A stretch of DNA of 61,707 bases, filler included, from Actinomycetota bacterium (GCA_046725875.1; 6 parts of 6 records of this genome joined end to end with filler, not necessarily neighbours in it); one strand, 5' to 3'; positions 29,888-40,649 are shown, numbered from the whole stretch's first letter. Program-made: numbers and translations. The notes: generated by a model from the sequence alone, not told the origin.

Positions 29888-30415
29888 TCAGTCCATGAGG
29901 GCGGCGCGGTCGGCTTCAGCGCGCTCGTACGCGGTGACGAGGTCGCGGTAGCCGGGTGACCGTTCGAGCAGTACGGCGTGCGGCCCGCGATCGAGCACCC
30001 GCCCGTGCTCGACGTACACAACTTCGTCGGCAAGCGCGATCGTCGCCTTGCGGTACGCCACGACGACGACGGTCGCGGAGGAGTCGCGGAGGCCGGCGAG
30101 TATGCGCGCCTCGATCAGAGGGTCGACACTGCTGGTCGCATCGTCCAGTACGAGCAGGCGGGGGCGGCGGACCAGCGCGCGGGCCAGTGCGAGCCGCTGC
30201 CGCTGCCCCCCGGAAAGGGTCGTGCCCCGCTCGCCAACCCGGGTGTCGAGCCCTTCGGGCAGCGCCTTGACGAAACCGTCGGCCTCAGCGATGCGCAAGG
30301 CGTCCCACACGTCCTCGTCCGGCACGTCGCCGCCGAGCGTGACATTGCCCCGCACGGTGTCGTCGAACAGAAACGCATTCTGCCCGACCACCGCAGCGCT
30401 GGCGGCGACGCCGCC
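29888..30415 (-). CDS. ABC exporter half-transporter, 3' part (degenerate NBD)
   Basis: LSGGQRQRLALARA, Walker B LVLDDATS (D for E), switch VAYR (Y for H). Cut by the linker. Confidence 0.9.
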   Translation of the reverse strand, partial: GGVAASAAVVGQNAFLFDDTVRGNVTLGGDVPDEDVWDALRIAEADGFVKALPEGLDTRVGERGTTLSGGQRQRLALARALVRRPRLLVLDDATSSVDPLIEARILAGLRDSSATVVVVAYRKATIALADEVVYVEHGRVLDRGPHAVLLERSPGYRDLVTAYERAEADRAALMD

Positions 30416-30515
30416 NNNNNNNNNNNNNNNNNNNNNNNNNNNNNNNNNNNNNNNNNNNNTTAATTAATTAANNNNNNNNNNNNNNNNNNNNNNNNNNNNN
30501 NNNNNNNNNNNNNNN
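30416..30515. other. Artificial contig linker
   Basis: N-TTAATTAATTAA-N, 100 nt. Confidence 0.98.
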
Positions 30516-31597
30516 GCGAATTCGGCAGCGACCTTGAGGAAGATGTCGTTCGCCTCGGGCTCGGCGACGGTCACCCGGCAGCCCTCGCCGGAGAACGGTC
30601 GGACCACGACCCCCGCCCGCTCACACACCCCGGCGAAGTCGTCGGTGCGGTCACCGGTCCGAAGCCAGATGAAGTTCGCCTCGCTTGGCGGCACCGGCCA
30701 TCCCAGGTCCCGCAGCGCCTGCCACACTCGGGCGCGCTCCTGCACGAGCGACTCCACCCGGTCGAGCAGCTCAGGCTCGGCATCGAGGGACGCGATCGCC
30801 GCCGCCTGCGCGACCCCGCTGACACCGAACGGCACCGCGGTCTTCCGCAGCGCATCGGCAACCGGCTCGTGCGCGATGGCGAAGCCGACCCGCAGCCCGG
30901 CCAGGCCGTACGCCTTTGAGAATGTGCGCAGCACGGCGACGTTGGGCCGGTCGCGGTAGAGGTCGAGCGCGTCCGACACCTCGGGGTCGCGGACGAATTC
31001 CCGGTAAGCCTGGTCGACCACGACCAGCACGTCGCTCGGCACCCGGTCGACGAAGCGCTCGAGCTCGTCTCGGCGGGCCGCGGTGCCGGTTGGGTTGTTC
31101 GGGCTGCACACCAGTATCAGCCGCGTCTTTTCGGTCACCGCGTCGGCCATCGCGTCGAGGTCGTGCCGTTCGTCGGCGGTGAGCGGGACCGTTACCGCGC
31201 GCGCCCCGGAAATCTGCACGATGATCGGGTAGGCCTCGAAGGACCGCCACGCATAGACGACTTCGTCCCCGGGTCCGGCGGTTGACTGGAGGACCTGCTG
31301 GCAAACGCCGACCGAGCCGGTGCCGGTGGCAACGTGGCTAGCCGGAACGCCGAACCGGTCCGCAATCCGCTCGCTGAGCCCGGTCGCGAACATGTCCGGA
31401 TAGCGGTTTGCCTGCATGCCGGCGTCCGCGATGACCTTCAGCACGGAGGGAAGAGGCGGGAAAGGATTCTCGTTCGAGGAGATCTTGTAGGCGAGATCGC
31501 CGCCGGACCGTATTTTTCCGGGACGCCCCGGTTTGTACGTGGGGATGCCGTCAAGTGCAGCCCGCAGCCGTGGACCGGTCCGGTAAGTCTGAGGCAC
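30516..31597 (-). CDS. hisC: Histidinol-phosphate/aromatic aminotransferase (HisC/Pat type), 3' end at the contig edge
   Basis: [22 protein letters not shown]-Lys motif [23 protein letters not shown] suggests the Pat paralogue. Confidence 0.88.
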
Positions 31598-31684
31598 GTC
31601 CTCTCCTCTCCGCATGCATATCAGCCGCGCCGGGCCCAGCTGGATCGGGCCGGGCGATTGCCGGCAACAGCGACCAGCGTATGC

Positions 31685-32140
31685 TCAACGGCCCGAACCG
31701 GCCGCTCGCCACCGGTCGGCCGGCCCGCGACCAGGATCCGGTCCGCGGCCGCCTGGAAGCGGGCGACTGCCCGGCACGCGACGTCCCGCAGCCGGTATGC
31801 GCCCACCAGGTGCGGCCTGGCGGGCGGGCGTCACCTGGGCGTCCGCCTCACCGAGGTCAAGGCTCGCATCCGGATGGGTGGCCCGCCAGATGCGCCGGCA
31901 TTCCGCGATCCACGCCTCGACTTCTTCGAACGCCGCGATGTTGAGCGAGTAGATACGGCGCTGCCCCTTGCGACGCATGCGGATTAAGCCCGACGAACGG
32001 AGGATCTGCAAGTGCTGCGAAACGGCGGACCTCGTGAGGATGAAGCGCTCGGCGACCTCGCTCGCCGACATGTCCTGTCGCGCGAGCAGCTCGATGATCT
32101 CCCGGCGAGTCGGGTCTGCCAGGACATCAAGCGCATGCAC
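31685..32140 (-). CDS. ArsR/SmtB-family regulator with low-complexity C-tail
   Basis: LADPTRREIIELL...SAVSQHLQILRSSGLI...GQRRIYSL. Confidence 0.87.
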   Translation of the reverse strand: MHALDVLADPTRREIIELLARQDMSASEVAERFILTRSAVSQHLQILRSSGLIRMRRKGQRRIYSLNIAAFEEVEAWIAECRRIWRATHPDASLDLGEADAQVTPARQAAPGGRIPAAGRRVPGSRPLPGGRGPDPGRGPADRWRAAGSGR

Positions 32141-32260
32141 GGCGGATACTCAATCCCGATCTTGCTCGGCTGTCAACGCTTCCGACCGCCAGATCACAAA
32201 TCGTGCTCAGGCAGCGTGGGAAGTGTTGCCGGACGGTCGCTTCTGCCAAGATGCCCGCCC

Positions 32261-32632
32261 ATGAGGACGTTCTTGATCCGGCTGCTCGTCAACGCAGTCG
32301 CTCTTTGGATCGCCGACGTCCTCGTCGACGGCATCAAGCTGGAATCGGATAGTACTGGCGGCAAGATTGCCACACTGCTAATCGTCGCGGCCATATTCGG
32401 CCTTGTTAACGCGATCATCAAGCCAATCGTCAAGCTGTTCTCGCTTCCGCTGTTCCTCCTCACGCTCGGACTGATCACCTTCGTCATCAACGCGTTCATG
32501 CTTTGGCTGACCGGAGCCATCTCCTCCGGAACCGGCCTGCACTTCTCGGTCGAGGGCTTCTGGGCCGCGCTCTGGGGCGCCCTCGTGGTCTCCGTGGTCA
32601 GCTGGGTCCTCAACCTCCTCCTCCCGGGCTAG
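32261..32632 (+). CDS. Phage-holin-family (4-TM, YvlD-like) membrane protein
   Basis: LIRLLVNAVALW...FGLVNAIIKPIVK...LLTLGL...INAFML...FWAALWGALVVS. Confidence 0.88.
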   Translation: MRTFLIRLLVNAVALWIADVLVDGIKLESDSTGGKIATLLIVAAIFGLVNAIIKPIVKLFSLPLFLLTLGLITFVINAFMLWLTGAISSGTGLHFSVEGFWAALWGALVVSVVSWVLNLLLPG

Positions 32633-32818
32633 GCCCACCGAAGTCGTCAACGCCGGCAACCGGCATGACCTGTACTTTCTGCAGGGTTGGGTGCACGCCG
32701 AGGACCGCTTGTTCCAGATGGGACGAACGACTACTACCCGGTGCGTTTCGCGCCGTCAGACGTCGCAGCAGGCACCGAGTCCGTGCCGGAACTGCTGCCC
32801 GACTGAACCGCAGACGGG

Positions 32819-33391
32819 CTATAGGGTGAGCCGCATGATCGGGCGGATTTCACCGCGCCGCTCGACCTCGGTGAAGCCGCTCGCGCGGAACATCGCAACC
32901 GTGCCGTAGTAGAGCTCGGAATTCTGCCGGCGCTTGCCCTTCGGGTCCAGTGGATAGCCCTCGAGCGCGGCCGCGCCCTGCTGCCTGGCGTACTCGATAG
33001 CGGCCTCGAGGAGCTTAGACGCGATGCCCCGGCCGCGACGCCCGCGCCTGATATAGAAGCAGGGCACTGCCCAGACGCTCTCGTCTGCCGGAATGGCTGG
33101 CTTCGTCGTACGGGAGCGGAGGATGCGGCCGTACTCCTCGCGCGGTGAGACAGCGCACCAGCCGACCGGCACGCCTTCCTCGTCATAGACCAGCAACCCG
33201 GGCGGTGGCTCCTGTGCGACGCGCTCCCGCAGGCCGGCCTTGTTCAGCGCCCCGCCGCCGCGGCAGCCGGCACTGAACTCCGCGGAGGTCGTGCGGAAAT
33301 ACATGCACCAGCAGCCGCTATAGGCGCCGTTCGGACCGAACAGATCTTCAAGATCAGCCCAGCGCTCGATTGTCACCGGCTCCGTCCTCAT
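32819..33391 (-). CDS. GNAT-family acetyltransferase
   Basis: GCWCMY, VGWCAVSPR, CFYIRRGRRGRGIA, LEGYP. Confidence 0.88.
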   Translation of the reverse strand: MRTEPVTIERWADLEDLFGPNGAYSGCWCMYFRTTSAEFSAGCRGGGALNKAGLRERVAQEPPPGLLVYDEEGVPVGWCAVSPREEYGRILRSRTTKPAIPADESVWAVPCFYIRRGRRGRGIASKLLEAAIEYARQQGAAALEGYPLDPKGKRRQNSELYYGTVAMFRASGFTEVERRGEIRPIMRLTL

Positions 33392-33510
33392 GGCTTCGAT
33401 CGTGACGCATGCCGGCGACAAGCTCAGCGACCCTGGCGACGAGCGGGGATGGCCGTATCACATCATCTGCAACGGAGGAGGCCCGCTCCTTGCGTCGCGG
33501 CGCGGCCACA

Positions 33511-33527
33511 CCATCCCCGATGGATGA
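33511..33527. promoter_or_regulatory. Palindrome CCATCC-N5-GGATGA (candidate regulon site C)
   Basis: One mismatch to TCAYCC-N5-GGRTGA; about 155 nt upstream of the MFS gene. Confidence 0.45.
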
Positions 33528-33682
33528 TGTCCTCACCATCGACGTCGAGAACAGTCGGCATAGGCGGCAGCTTCAGTTGGGAAGGGCCCAGCCGGGACTA
33601 CGCGTCCTCGCCGGGGCTGCTGGCAGCCACGAGTTGCTCGCCGGGCCCGCGCACGGACGCCGGGGAGACGGGAGGTTTGGGG

Positions 33683-35422
33683 ATGGATCGGTGGAAGCCG
33701 CTCGCCGTCCTCGGAACGGCCATGTTCCTCATGGTTCTGGACACATCCGTGATGAACGTCTCGATCTCCCAGCTAGTGGAGGACTTCGATACCGAGGTCA
33801 CCGCCATCCAGGCCACGATCACGCTGTACACGCTGGTCATGGCAGCGTTCATGATCACCGGCGGCAAGCTCGGCGATCTGTGGGGTCGGCGCCGCATGTT
33901 CCAGATCGGCCTGATCGTCTACGGTGTGGGGTCGGCCATCACGTCGATCGCACCTGTGCTCTGGGTGCTGAACCTCGGTTGGTCGGTGATCGAGGGACTC
34001 GGCGCGGCGTTGGTGCTACCGGCCCTGGCCGCATTGGTCGGTGGAAACTACGCCGGCCGGGACCGTGCCGTCGCCTACGGTGTGATCGGCGGCCTGGCAG
34101 GCGCCGGCATTGCGGTAGGACCGCTCCTCGGGGGGTGGGTAACCACCTATCTGACCTGGCGGTTGGTATTCGCCGGTGAAGTCGTTGTCGTCATAGGGAT
34201 CCTCAGTCTCGTGGGCTGGATCGGCGACGCCCCGCAGGGCCGCCGCCCACAGCTCGATCTCGTCGGTGCAGCGCTATCGGCGCTCGGCCTCGCGCTGGTC
34301 GTGCTCGGGGTGCTGCAGAGCAGCAGCTGGGGGTGGCTGCAACCGCGCAACTCACCGGTCGAACCGTTCGGGTTCGCCCTCACACCGTTCGTGATCGGGA
34401 GCGGTTTGGCGGTGCTTGGCTTGTTCCGGGCCTGGGAGCGGCACCGCGAAGCCCGGCGCCGGGACCCGCTGGTCAAATTCGCACTGTTCGAGATCCCGGC
34501 GCTGCGGTCTGGGCTTTCCATGCTGCTTGCCCAAAACCTCATCCTGCTCGGGCTGTTCTTCACCATCCCGCTCTATCTGCAGGTGGTCCAGGGCCTTAAT
34601 GCGTTCGAGACTGGGTTGCGGCTCCTGCCGGTGTCGATCAGCATGCTGGTCGCCTCGATGAGCGGTCCGCTGCTGCTCCGGGTCGCGAGCCCTCGTCGGA
34701 TCGTGCAGGTTGCAATCCTGGTCTTGCTTGCGGCCACGCTATGGCTGCTAAGCACCATCGACCCCGACCTCGACGACGCGTCGTTCGCTCTTGCAATGAC
34801 CGTGCTTGGCCTAGGGATGGGATTGCTCGCCTCCCAGCTTGGCAACGTGGTTCAGTCGAGCGTCGGCGAGTCGGATCGCAGTGAGGTCGGCGGTCTGCAG
34901 TTCACCGCCCAGAATCTCGGGTCATCCCTGGGGACCGCCCTGATCGGCTCGATTCTCATCGGGGCGCTTGCGGTGGCCGTTAACAGCCACGTCAGCAACG
35001 ACCCTCGGGTCTCGGCATCCGTAAAGGAGCAAGTCAGCATCCGACTCGAGTCGGGAATCAGCTTCGTCTCGACAGATCAGGTGAGCAGCGGTCTGGCCGC
35101 CGCCGGTGTGCCGGCTGCCGAAGCCGAGGCGATCGTGGACAATTACGCCACCGCACAGCTCCAAGGGCTCAAGGCCGGCATCCTCGCCACGTCCGGGATC
35201 ACGCTGGCCAGCCTGTTGTTCACCCGCGGCCTGCCGAACAACCGAATGCCACCGGAGCCGGGTCCGCTGCCCAGTAAGGTCGGTGAGCCGATCGCTGTTC
35301 GGCCCGACCGCAGGCGCGAGGCCGTTGGTTCCCATCGCGGCCGATCCGCAGATGCATCGGCCGCGGACTCAGAGCCGCCCCTCGACCCACCCGACGACGG
35401 GGAGAGCTCTACCACCCGCTAA
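33683..35422 (+). CDS. DHA2-type MFS transporter
   Basis: FLMVLDTSVMNVSI, GGKLGDLWGRRR, IEGLGAALV, GPLLGGW; about 14 TM helices. Confidence 0.92.
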   Translation: MDRWKPLAVLGTAMFLMVLDTSVMNVSISQLVEDFDTEVTAIQATITLYTLVMAAFMITGGKLGDLWGRRRMFQIGLIVYGVGSAITSIAPVLWVLNLGWSVIEGLGAALVLPALAALVGGNYAGRDRAVAYGVIGGLAGAGIAVGPLLGGWVTTYLTWRLVFAGEVVVVIGILSLVGWIGDAPQGRRPQLDLVGAALSALGLALVVLGVLQSSSWGWLQPRNSPVEPFGFALTPFVIGSGLAVLGLFRAWERHREARRRDPLVKFALFEIPALRSGLSMLLAQNLILLGLFFTIPLYLQVVQGLNAFETGLRLLPVSISMLVASMSGPLLLRVASPRRIVQVAILVLLAATLWLLSTIDPDLDDASFALAMTVLGLGMGLLASQLGNVVQSSVGESDRSEVGGLQFTAQNLGSSLGTALIGSILIGALAVAVNSHVSNDPRVSASVKEQVSIRLESGISFVSTDQVSSGLAAAGVPAAEAEAIVDNYATAQLQGLKAGILATSGITLASLLFTRGLPNNRMPPEPGPLPSKVGEPIAVRPDRRREAVGSHRGRSADASAADSEPPLDPPDDGESSTTR

Positions 35423-35480
35423 ACGGCATGCTTCGGGTGACGGGCCAGTGGGGCGTTTGGCTAGTAGGAACAGGCCGGGG

Positions 35481-36185
35481 CTAGCGGGCGCGGGCACGAC
35501 CGAGGTTGGCGACGAGGAGCGCGACCACGGTGACGAGGTAGAGCTGGCCGGTCAGCGCCTCGCTGACGGCGATTATCCGGCCAACGTCCTTGGCCGCGGT
35601 CAGATCGCCATAGCCGACGGTTGTCAGCGACACATAGCTGAAGTAGAGGTAGTCGACGATGGTCGCGTTCGGGTGCTGGGCGAAGAACGGGCTGCTGAGC
35701 GCTCCGATCGTTGAGTACAGATAAGCAAAAAAGAGCCCGAGAAGCAGGTAGATGCATAGGGCACCTAGGACGGTCGACCCTTGTACCCGCCGGTGGCGTA
35801 CCAGCCGCCGCCCGACGATGACCGGACTGGCGGCGGTAATCACCGCGAGCCCGGCGCGGCCCACGTTATCGAACGTCGTGTCGGGGCCGACAGCGACCGC
35901 AGAGATGGCAGCAATGACGCTGAGGGCTATCGCGACGGTCGCCACCCTCAGGACCGCAACGCTGGGGCGCGAGGTCCAGAAAGCGAACAGCGTCATTCCC
36001 CCGCTCATCGCCGTGATCACGACCCGGCCCCAATCGCTGTCACCCACGAGAGCCGTGACGAGCAGGGACGACAAGACCAGGATGAGGAGGAGGCCATAGC
36101 TGTCCGCGCCGCGCACCCGTTCTCCCAGTGAGCGCCGCGGTCCTGGCGGGATGAGCTGATATGCCGATCCCTCTCGATCATCCAT
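35481..36185 (-). CDS. Potassium-channel-family (Ion_trans_2) protein
   Basis: Pore motif YFSYVSLTTVGYGD, then EALTGQLYL. Confidence 0.9.
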   Translation of the reverse strand: MDDREGSAYQLIPPGPRRSLGERVRGADSYGLLLILVLSSLLVTALVGDSDWGRVVITAMSGGMTLFAFWTSRPSVAVLRVATVAIALSVIAAISAVAVGPDTTFDNVGRAGLAVITAASPVIVGRRLVRHRRVQGSTVLGALCIYLLLGLFFAYLYSTIGALSSPFFAQHPNATIVDYLYFSYVSLTTVGYGDLTAAKDVGRIIAVSEALTGQLYLVTVVALLVANLGRARAR

Positions 36186-36325
36186 TCCGAGCCGCCCCGT
36201 CCCTTAGCGATCGCCGAGTGCCACCTTTGGGTGACCGGTATCGGCTGCTCCGTCCCGGCGCCCTGAGGAGAGCCGCCGCCCCCTCAGCCACACCCGAACC
36301 GTACTGGCGTCGATGACCTTGGGTA

Positions 36326-37579
36326 CTACCGCCCTACCCGAGGTTGAACGGTCACTTCCGGATCGGCGATGCTCAGCGGCGGAGACGGCAGCCAGCGTGG
36401 CACGAGTAGTGCTACCCCGCCCAACATCGCGGTGAGCGCGATAGTCAGGGCCGTGATCGTGAACCATACCGAGCCGAGGGCGAAGGTCGCGTAGACCACC
36501 AACGCGAAGTTCTCGCTAATGAACCCGGTCACCGACGTGACCGTTGCCCTGGCCCGTCCCGAGATTGCCTCTTGGAGGCGCGCCTCGGCCGCGATGATCG
36601 CGTTGTTGGTGATCCCGTAGCCGATGCCGATGGCCGCGAACCCAGCCCAGTCTCCGTATGCGACGCCGGCTGCGAGCAGCACCGCCGCCACCCCGAGCGC
36701 CACCGCCATGGCTCGTCCGGAGATTCTCGATGTACGGCCGGCAAGAGCGGTGCCGATTGCCTGACCGGCCACGGTAAGCCCGATGAGATACGGGACAGTT
36801 CCCGTGGGAGCGCCGTCCTCACGCGCAATCAGGCCGAAGTACTCGTCGAAGACGAGGAAGCCCATCATGAGCGACGCGATCAGCGCCGCATGGCGGATCG
36901 TCCGCTCCCGGATGACCTCGTTAAGACCGGCGCGCAGCATTACGAGATAACGGGCAACGAAGCCGCGATCACCGTGTATCCGCGGAGCGACATTTGTCTC
37001 GTCCGCCTCGGCGACTCGCGGCGCGGGCGGAAGAGACAACGCGAACACTGCCTGGAGCAGCGCGACGCCAACGCTGACCCAGCCCATGAGCTGGTAGCCG
37101 CCGACGTCGAACAGCGGCCCGGCAAGCACGGTGCCGACCAGATTCGCCACCATCGCCAGCGAGTTGGCCCAGCCCATGAGACCCGCATATGAGGATGTCG
37201 AACGGTTCGCGGCAAGCTCGTCGTACACGATTGCCTCGAAGGTGCCCGACATCAGCGAGCTGCTGATCCCCCACAGTACGAACCCGGCCGCAAACCCCGG
37301 ATAGGACGGCACAGCCGTCCACACGGCGAAGCCCACCGCGTAGAGCACGGAGCTGAGGATCAACAGCCCGCGGCGGGAAACCGTGTCGGCCCACGCGCCC
37401 GAAGGGACCTCGAAGACGAAACCGGTGACCGACCAGATGACCAGCAGCGACGAGATTGCGCCGGCAGACAGGCCATGATCGGCGAAGAGCAGAGAGTAGA
37501 CCGCGTAGAGCGGGATGAAATCGCGCACGGCGTAGTAGCCGATCGCTCGGGCCGCCAGCGCCCGCACCGGCCGGCTCAT
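36326..37579 (-). CDS. MFS transporter
   Basis: FEVPSGAWADTVSRR, SGTFEAIVYDEL, RATVTSV; about 12 TM helices. Confidence 0.88.
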   Translation of the reverse strand: MSRPVRALAARAIGYYAVRDFIPLYAVYSLLFADHGLSAGAISSLLVIWSVTGFVFEVPSGAWADTVSRRGLLILSSVLYAVGFAVWTAVPSYPGFAAGFVLWGISSSLMSGTFEAIVYDELAANRSTSSYAGLMGWANSLAMVANLVGTVLAGPLFDVGGYQLMGWVSVGVALLQAVFALSLPPAPRVAEADETNVAPRIHGDRGFVARYLVMLRAGLNEVIRERTIRHAALIASLMMGFLVFDEYFGLIAREDGAPTGTVPYLIGLTVAGQAIGTALAGRTSRISGRAMAVALGVAAVLLAAGVAYGDWAGFAAIGIGYGITNNAIIAAEARLQEAISGRARATVTSVTGFISENFALVVYATFALGSVWFTITALTIALTAMLGGVALLVPRWLPSPPLSIADPEVTVQPRVGR

Positions 37580-37810
37580 CGCCGCGCTCCGGTGCAGGTT
37601 AGTCCGAGGCCGACCGCGAATAGGACGCGGTCAGCGCTGGGTCAAGGCTTGGCGGCCAGGTAGGTCACCCGTCAACCTTCACAAGACCGCCGGTGTCGTG
37701 TCAACGCGTTTCGCTGCTCGCGACCGACCCGGCCGGCGGGCGGCCCGTCAGCAGACGCGGCGCCGCGCTCTCCCCCTTCGGGTCCACAGCGGCGGAGGCA
37801 TTCCGAAGGC

Positions 37811-38200
37811 TCAGGCCCTCGCCAACAGGTTCGCTTTCTGAGCCTCGAACTCCTGCTCAGTGAGGACGCCTGAGTTGCGAAGGTGGGCCAACCTGTCGAG
37901 CTCGTCGGCGGTCGAGGCTGCACGAGCAGGGGCTGCCGCCCTGATGTAGTCACGAGTCTTCCGGTCCCGCTCGATGGCCGCCTGCTCGGAGCGCTCGGCC
38001 ATATCCGTACCACGGACGATCAGGTACAGGAGGGTCCCAAGCACCGGCAGGAAGACGATGAACAACGTCCACAGCGCCTTCCCCCACCCGGACAAGTCGC
38101 GGCTGCGGAAGACGTCAGTCAGGATCACGATCAGTAGCCAGATCCAGGCGACGAAGACGAAAAACCACAGCATCGTCCAGAAGATGTCCAACAGTGGCAT
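37811..38200 (-). CDS. PLDc_N + SHOCT-domain membrane protein
   Basis: DVFRSRDLSGWGKALW...FLPVLG; C-terminal ADELDRLAHLRNSGVLTEQEFEAQKA. Confidence 0.9.
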   Translation of the reverse strand: MPLLDIFWTMLWFFVFVAWIWLLIVILTDVFRSRDLSGWGKALWTLFIVFLPVLGTLLYLIVRGTDMAERSEQAAIERDRKTRDYIRAAAPARAASTADELDRLAHLRNSGVLTEQEFEAQKANLLARA

Positions 38201-38291
38201 CTCCGTCGCCTCCTTTTTGTGCACGGCCAGGCCCTCGGCTCCGCCGTGGCGGTTACTAAGCCGCACTTCACACCCCGACCTTTACGAACGG

Positions 38292-38310
38292 ATCACCCCG
38301 TGCGGGTGAT
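38292..38310. promoter_or_regulatory. Perfect palindrome ATCACCC-N5-GGGTGAT (candidate regulon site A)
   Basis: Lies between the divergent SHOCT genes. Confidence 0.6.
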
Positions 38311-38335
38311 AAGCCGGGCGCGCGGACGGAGTGTG

Positions 38336-38704
38336 GTGACACAGGAACCTACAGAGCCCACGACTTCCACACAGCCATTGGCAGGGATGCGAATGTTACT
38401 GGTGCCGAAGCAGCTGCGGCGCGCCGGGATGACCGGCGATGTGCCGTATTACGGTGGTCGGTTCACGCCGACGCAGGCATACGCGGCATCCCATCCGGGC
38501 CAGCCGCCCGAATTCGTGCCGCCACTGGCCGGAGAGATGGGGACCGGCCTCGGATACCCGGGGATGCCGGCGGGCGGCCAGACGGCCCCGCCGGCCGCGC
38601 CGAGCAGCCGGGCGGACACCCTTCGGGCCCTCCAGCAACTGCTGGACGCTGGGGTGCTCACGCCGCAGGAGTACGAGGGACTGCGCTCCCGGGTGATCGC
38701 GTGA
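38336..38704 (+). CDS. SHOCT-domain protein
   Basis: C-terminal LRALQQLLDAGVLTPQEYEGLR. Start uncertain (38333, 38336 or 38387). Confidence 0.75.
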   Translation: MTQEPTEPTTSTQPLAGMRMLLVPKQLRRAGMTGDVPYYGGRFTPTQAYAASHPGQPPEFVPPLAGEMGTGLGYPGMPAGGQTAPPAAPSSRADTLRALQQLLDAGVLTPQEYEGLRSRVIA

Positions 38705-39165
38705 TGGGGCCGGTGCAGGTGCTGGTCGTCGGGTTCGGGCGGCCGACCCTCTCCGGTGAGATCCTCGCGGAGTTCACCCGGCTTCGCGAGGCGGGAATCG
38801 TCCGACTCGTCGACCTGCTCCTCGTATCCCGCGCCGAGGACGGTGCCTTCGAGACAATGGCCGCTCCCTCCGCTGCGGGAGCGGAGCTGGGCTGGTTGGC
38901 GGCCGCGCTTCTCGGCAACGCCGACTCTAAGGTCGGCGGTGAGTCAGCCGCGACCGACGCCGGCTCTGCGGATGCCACGGCATGGTCCCTGGCCGATGCC
39001 GTACCGCCCGGTTCCCTGGCGGCTGTCGCGCTGATCGAGCACACGTGGGCGGTTCCCCTCAAGGCGGCCATCCAGCGGGCTGGTGGTGTCCCTCTCGAAG
39101 AGACGTGGCTAGCGCCCAGCGACCTTGACGTGCTCGAGGCCCTGATTGCCGATCGCGCAGGCTAA
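38701..39165 (+). CDS. DUF6325/DUF1269-like protein
   Basis: MGPVQVLVVGF...LREAGIVRLVDLLLV...ALIEHTWA...RAGG. Overlaps the upstream stop. Confidence 0.8.
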   Translation: MMGPVQVLVVGFGRPTLSGEILAEFTRLREAGIVRLVDLLLVSRAEDGAFETMAAPSAAGAELGWLAAALLGNADSKVGGESAATDAGSADATAWSLADAVPPGSLAAVALIEHTWAVPLKAAIQRAGGVPLEETWLAPSDLDVLEALIADRAG

Positions 39166-39213
39166 TACGCGGGGCCGCAAGCTCAGCCGAGGGCTAATAC
39201 CTGGTTGCCACAG

Positions 39214-39513
39214 TTAGCGCAGGGCGGTTGGGTCGTACCTCGTCAGCGCCCTAACGACCATAACGGCGAGGCCGATGAGAATGATGGACCACGCCGGGTA
39301 GTACGGGAGCCAAAGAAAGTTAGCGACGGCGCTAAGCACGGCTACGGCGATACCGACCGCCCGGGCCCAGAGCCGGCCGCTGAGTATCCCGATGCCGGCC
39401 GCGCCGATGATTGCGCCGCCGATGAGGTGGATCCAGCCCCATTCGGTGACATCGAGCCTAAAGGTGTAGCCGGACAGCCTGACGAAGAACTCGTCGTTGA
39501 GCAGGCCGACCAA
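39214..39513 (-). CDS. DUF7144-like membrane protein, 5'-partial
   Basis: WGWIHLIGG...WARAVGI...NFLWLPYYPAWS. Cut by the linker. Confidence 0.8.
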   Translation of the reverse strand: MVGLLNDEFFVRLSGYTFRLDVTEWGWIHLIGGAIIGAAGIGILSGRLWARAVGIAVAVLSAVANFLWLPYYPAWSIILIGLAVMVVRALTRYDPTALR

Positions 39514-39613
39514 NNNNNNNNNNNNNNNNNNNNNNNNNNNNNNNNNNNNNNNNNNNNTTAATTAATTAANNNNNNNNNNNNNNNNNNNNNNNNNNNNNNN
39601 NNNNNNNNNNNNN
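39514..39613. other. Artificial contig linker
   Basis: N-TTAATTAATTAA-N, 100 nt. Confidence 0.98.
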
Positions 39614-40282
39614 GACCTTGGGGAACTGGCGGCCGAGCATGCCGGCGATGACGTCGAGCTGGCCGCGGACACTGGCCTGGTCGGGTTGGGCGAAGATGGT
39701 GCGCACCGCGGCGGCGACCATCTCCTGGCTGCCCTTGGGCACCTTGTCCAGCAGCTTACGCAGAAAGTGCACGCGGCAGCGCTGCCAGGCGGCGCCGAGC
39801 AGCACCGAGGAGACCGCGGTCTTCAGCCCGGTGTGCGCGTCGGAGATGACCAGCTGCACCCCGCGCAGGCCGCGCGCCTTCAACGAGTGCAGGAACCCGG
39901 TCCAGAACACCCCGGACTCGCTGTCCCCAACATCGAAGCCGAGCACCTCGCGGCGACCGTCGGCGGTGACCCCGGTGGCCACCACCACCGCCTGCGCGGC
40001 GACCCGGGCGCCGCCGCCGCGGCGGTCCCCACCGACGCGGGCCTTGCAGAAACAGGCGTCGAGGAACACGTACGGGTAGTCGACCTCGGTCAACGATCGG
40101 TCCCGAAACGCCGCCACCTCAACATCCAGGTCAGCGCAGATCCGGGACACCTCGGTCTTGGAGATCCCGGTGTGCGCGCCCATCGCGGCGACCAGGTCGT
40201 CGACCTTGCGGGTGGACCCCCCGTGCACGTAGGCCTCCATCACCACCGCGAACAGGGCCTGGTCGATCCGCCGGCGCCGCCG
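39614..40282 (-). mobile_element. IS256-family transposase, 5'-truncated, 3' end beyond the contig
   Basis: RRRRIDQALFAVVMEAYVHG.STRKVDDLV, YVFLDA, GRREVLG, LVISDAH.GL, WQRCRVHFLR. Confidence 0.92.
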
Positions 40283-40649
40283 CGCGAGGCCGCATACCGG
40301 TTCCGCCGCGGGCTCTCGGCGACGTTTGTGCCCCGCATCCCCGCCCTGAACGCCGCCGATGCGGGGAAGCAGGCCGCAACTCGTTCGATGCATCACCGGC
40401 GTTCTCCTCGCCGAGCCCCGAGTGGTGGCCGGGGCCGGTCGATGGAGCCGTTCGACTTCGCCGGCACGCGTGACCTGGACGGTCAACCATTCGGCGAGCA
40501 TGCTGTAGGCGGGTGTGGGGGGTGGGCCGCGTGCGAGCCTCACGCATCGGTGGGATGGCGCGTCTCGCGTCCGGTGACCGCCGCGGTGGGGCGGGTGTTG
40601 TTGCCCCGGCCGCGGTCGGCGCCGCGGCGGGTCGGCTGGGGGTGTCGGG

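Noticed and set aside
32261..32632. Holin annotation as evidence of a prophage
   Set aside because: This 4-TM family is commonly chromosomal, and no phage genes are nearby.
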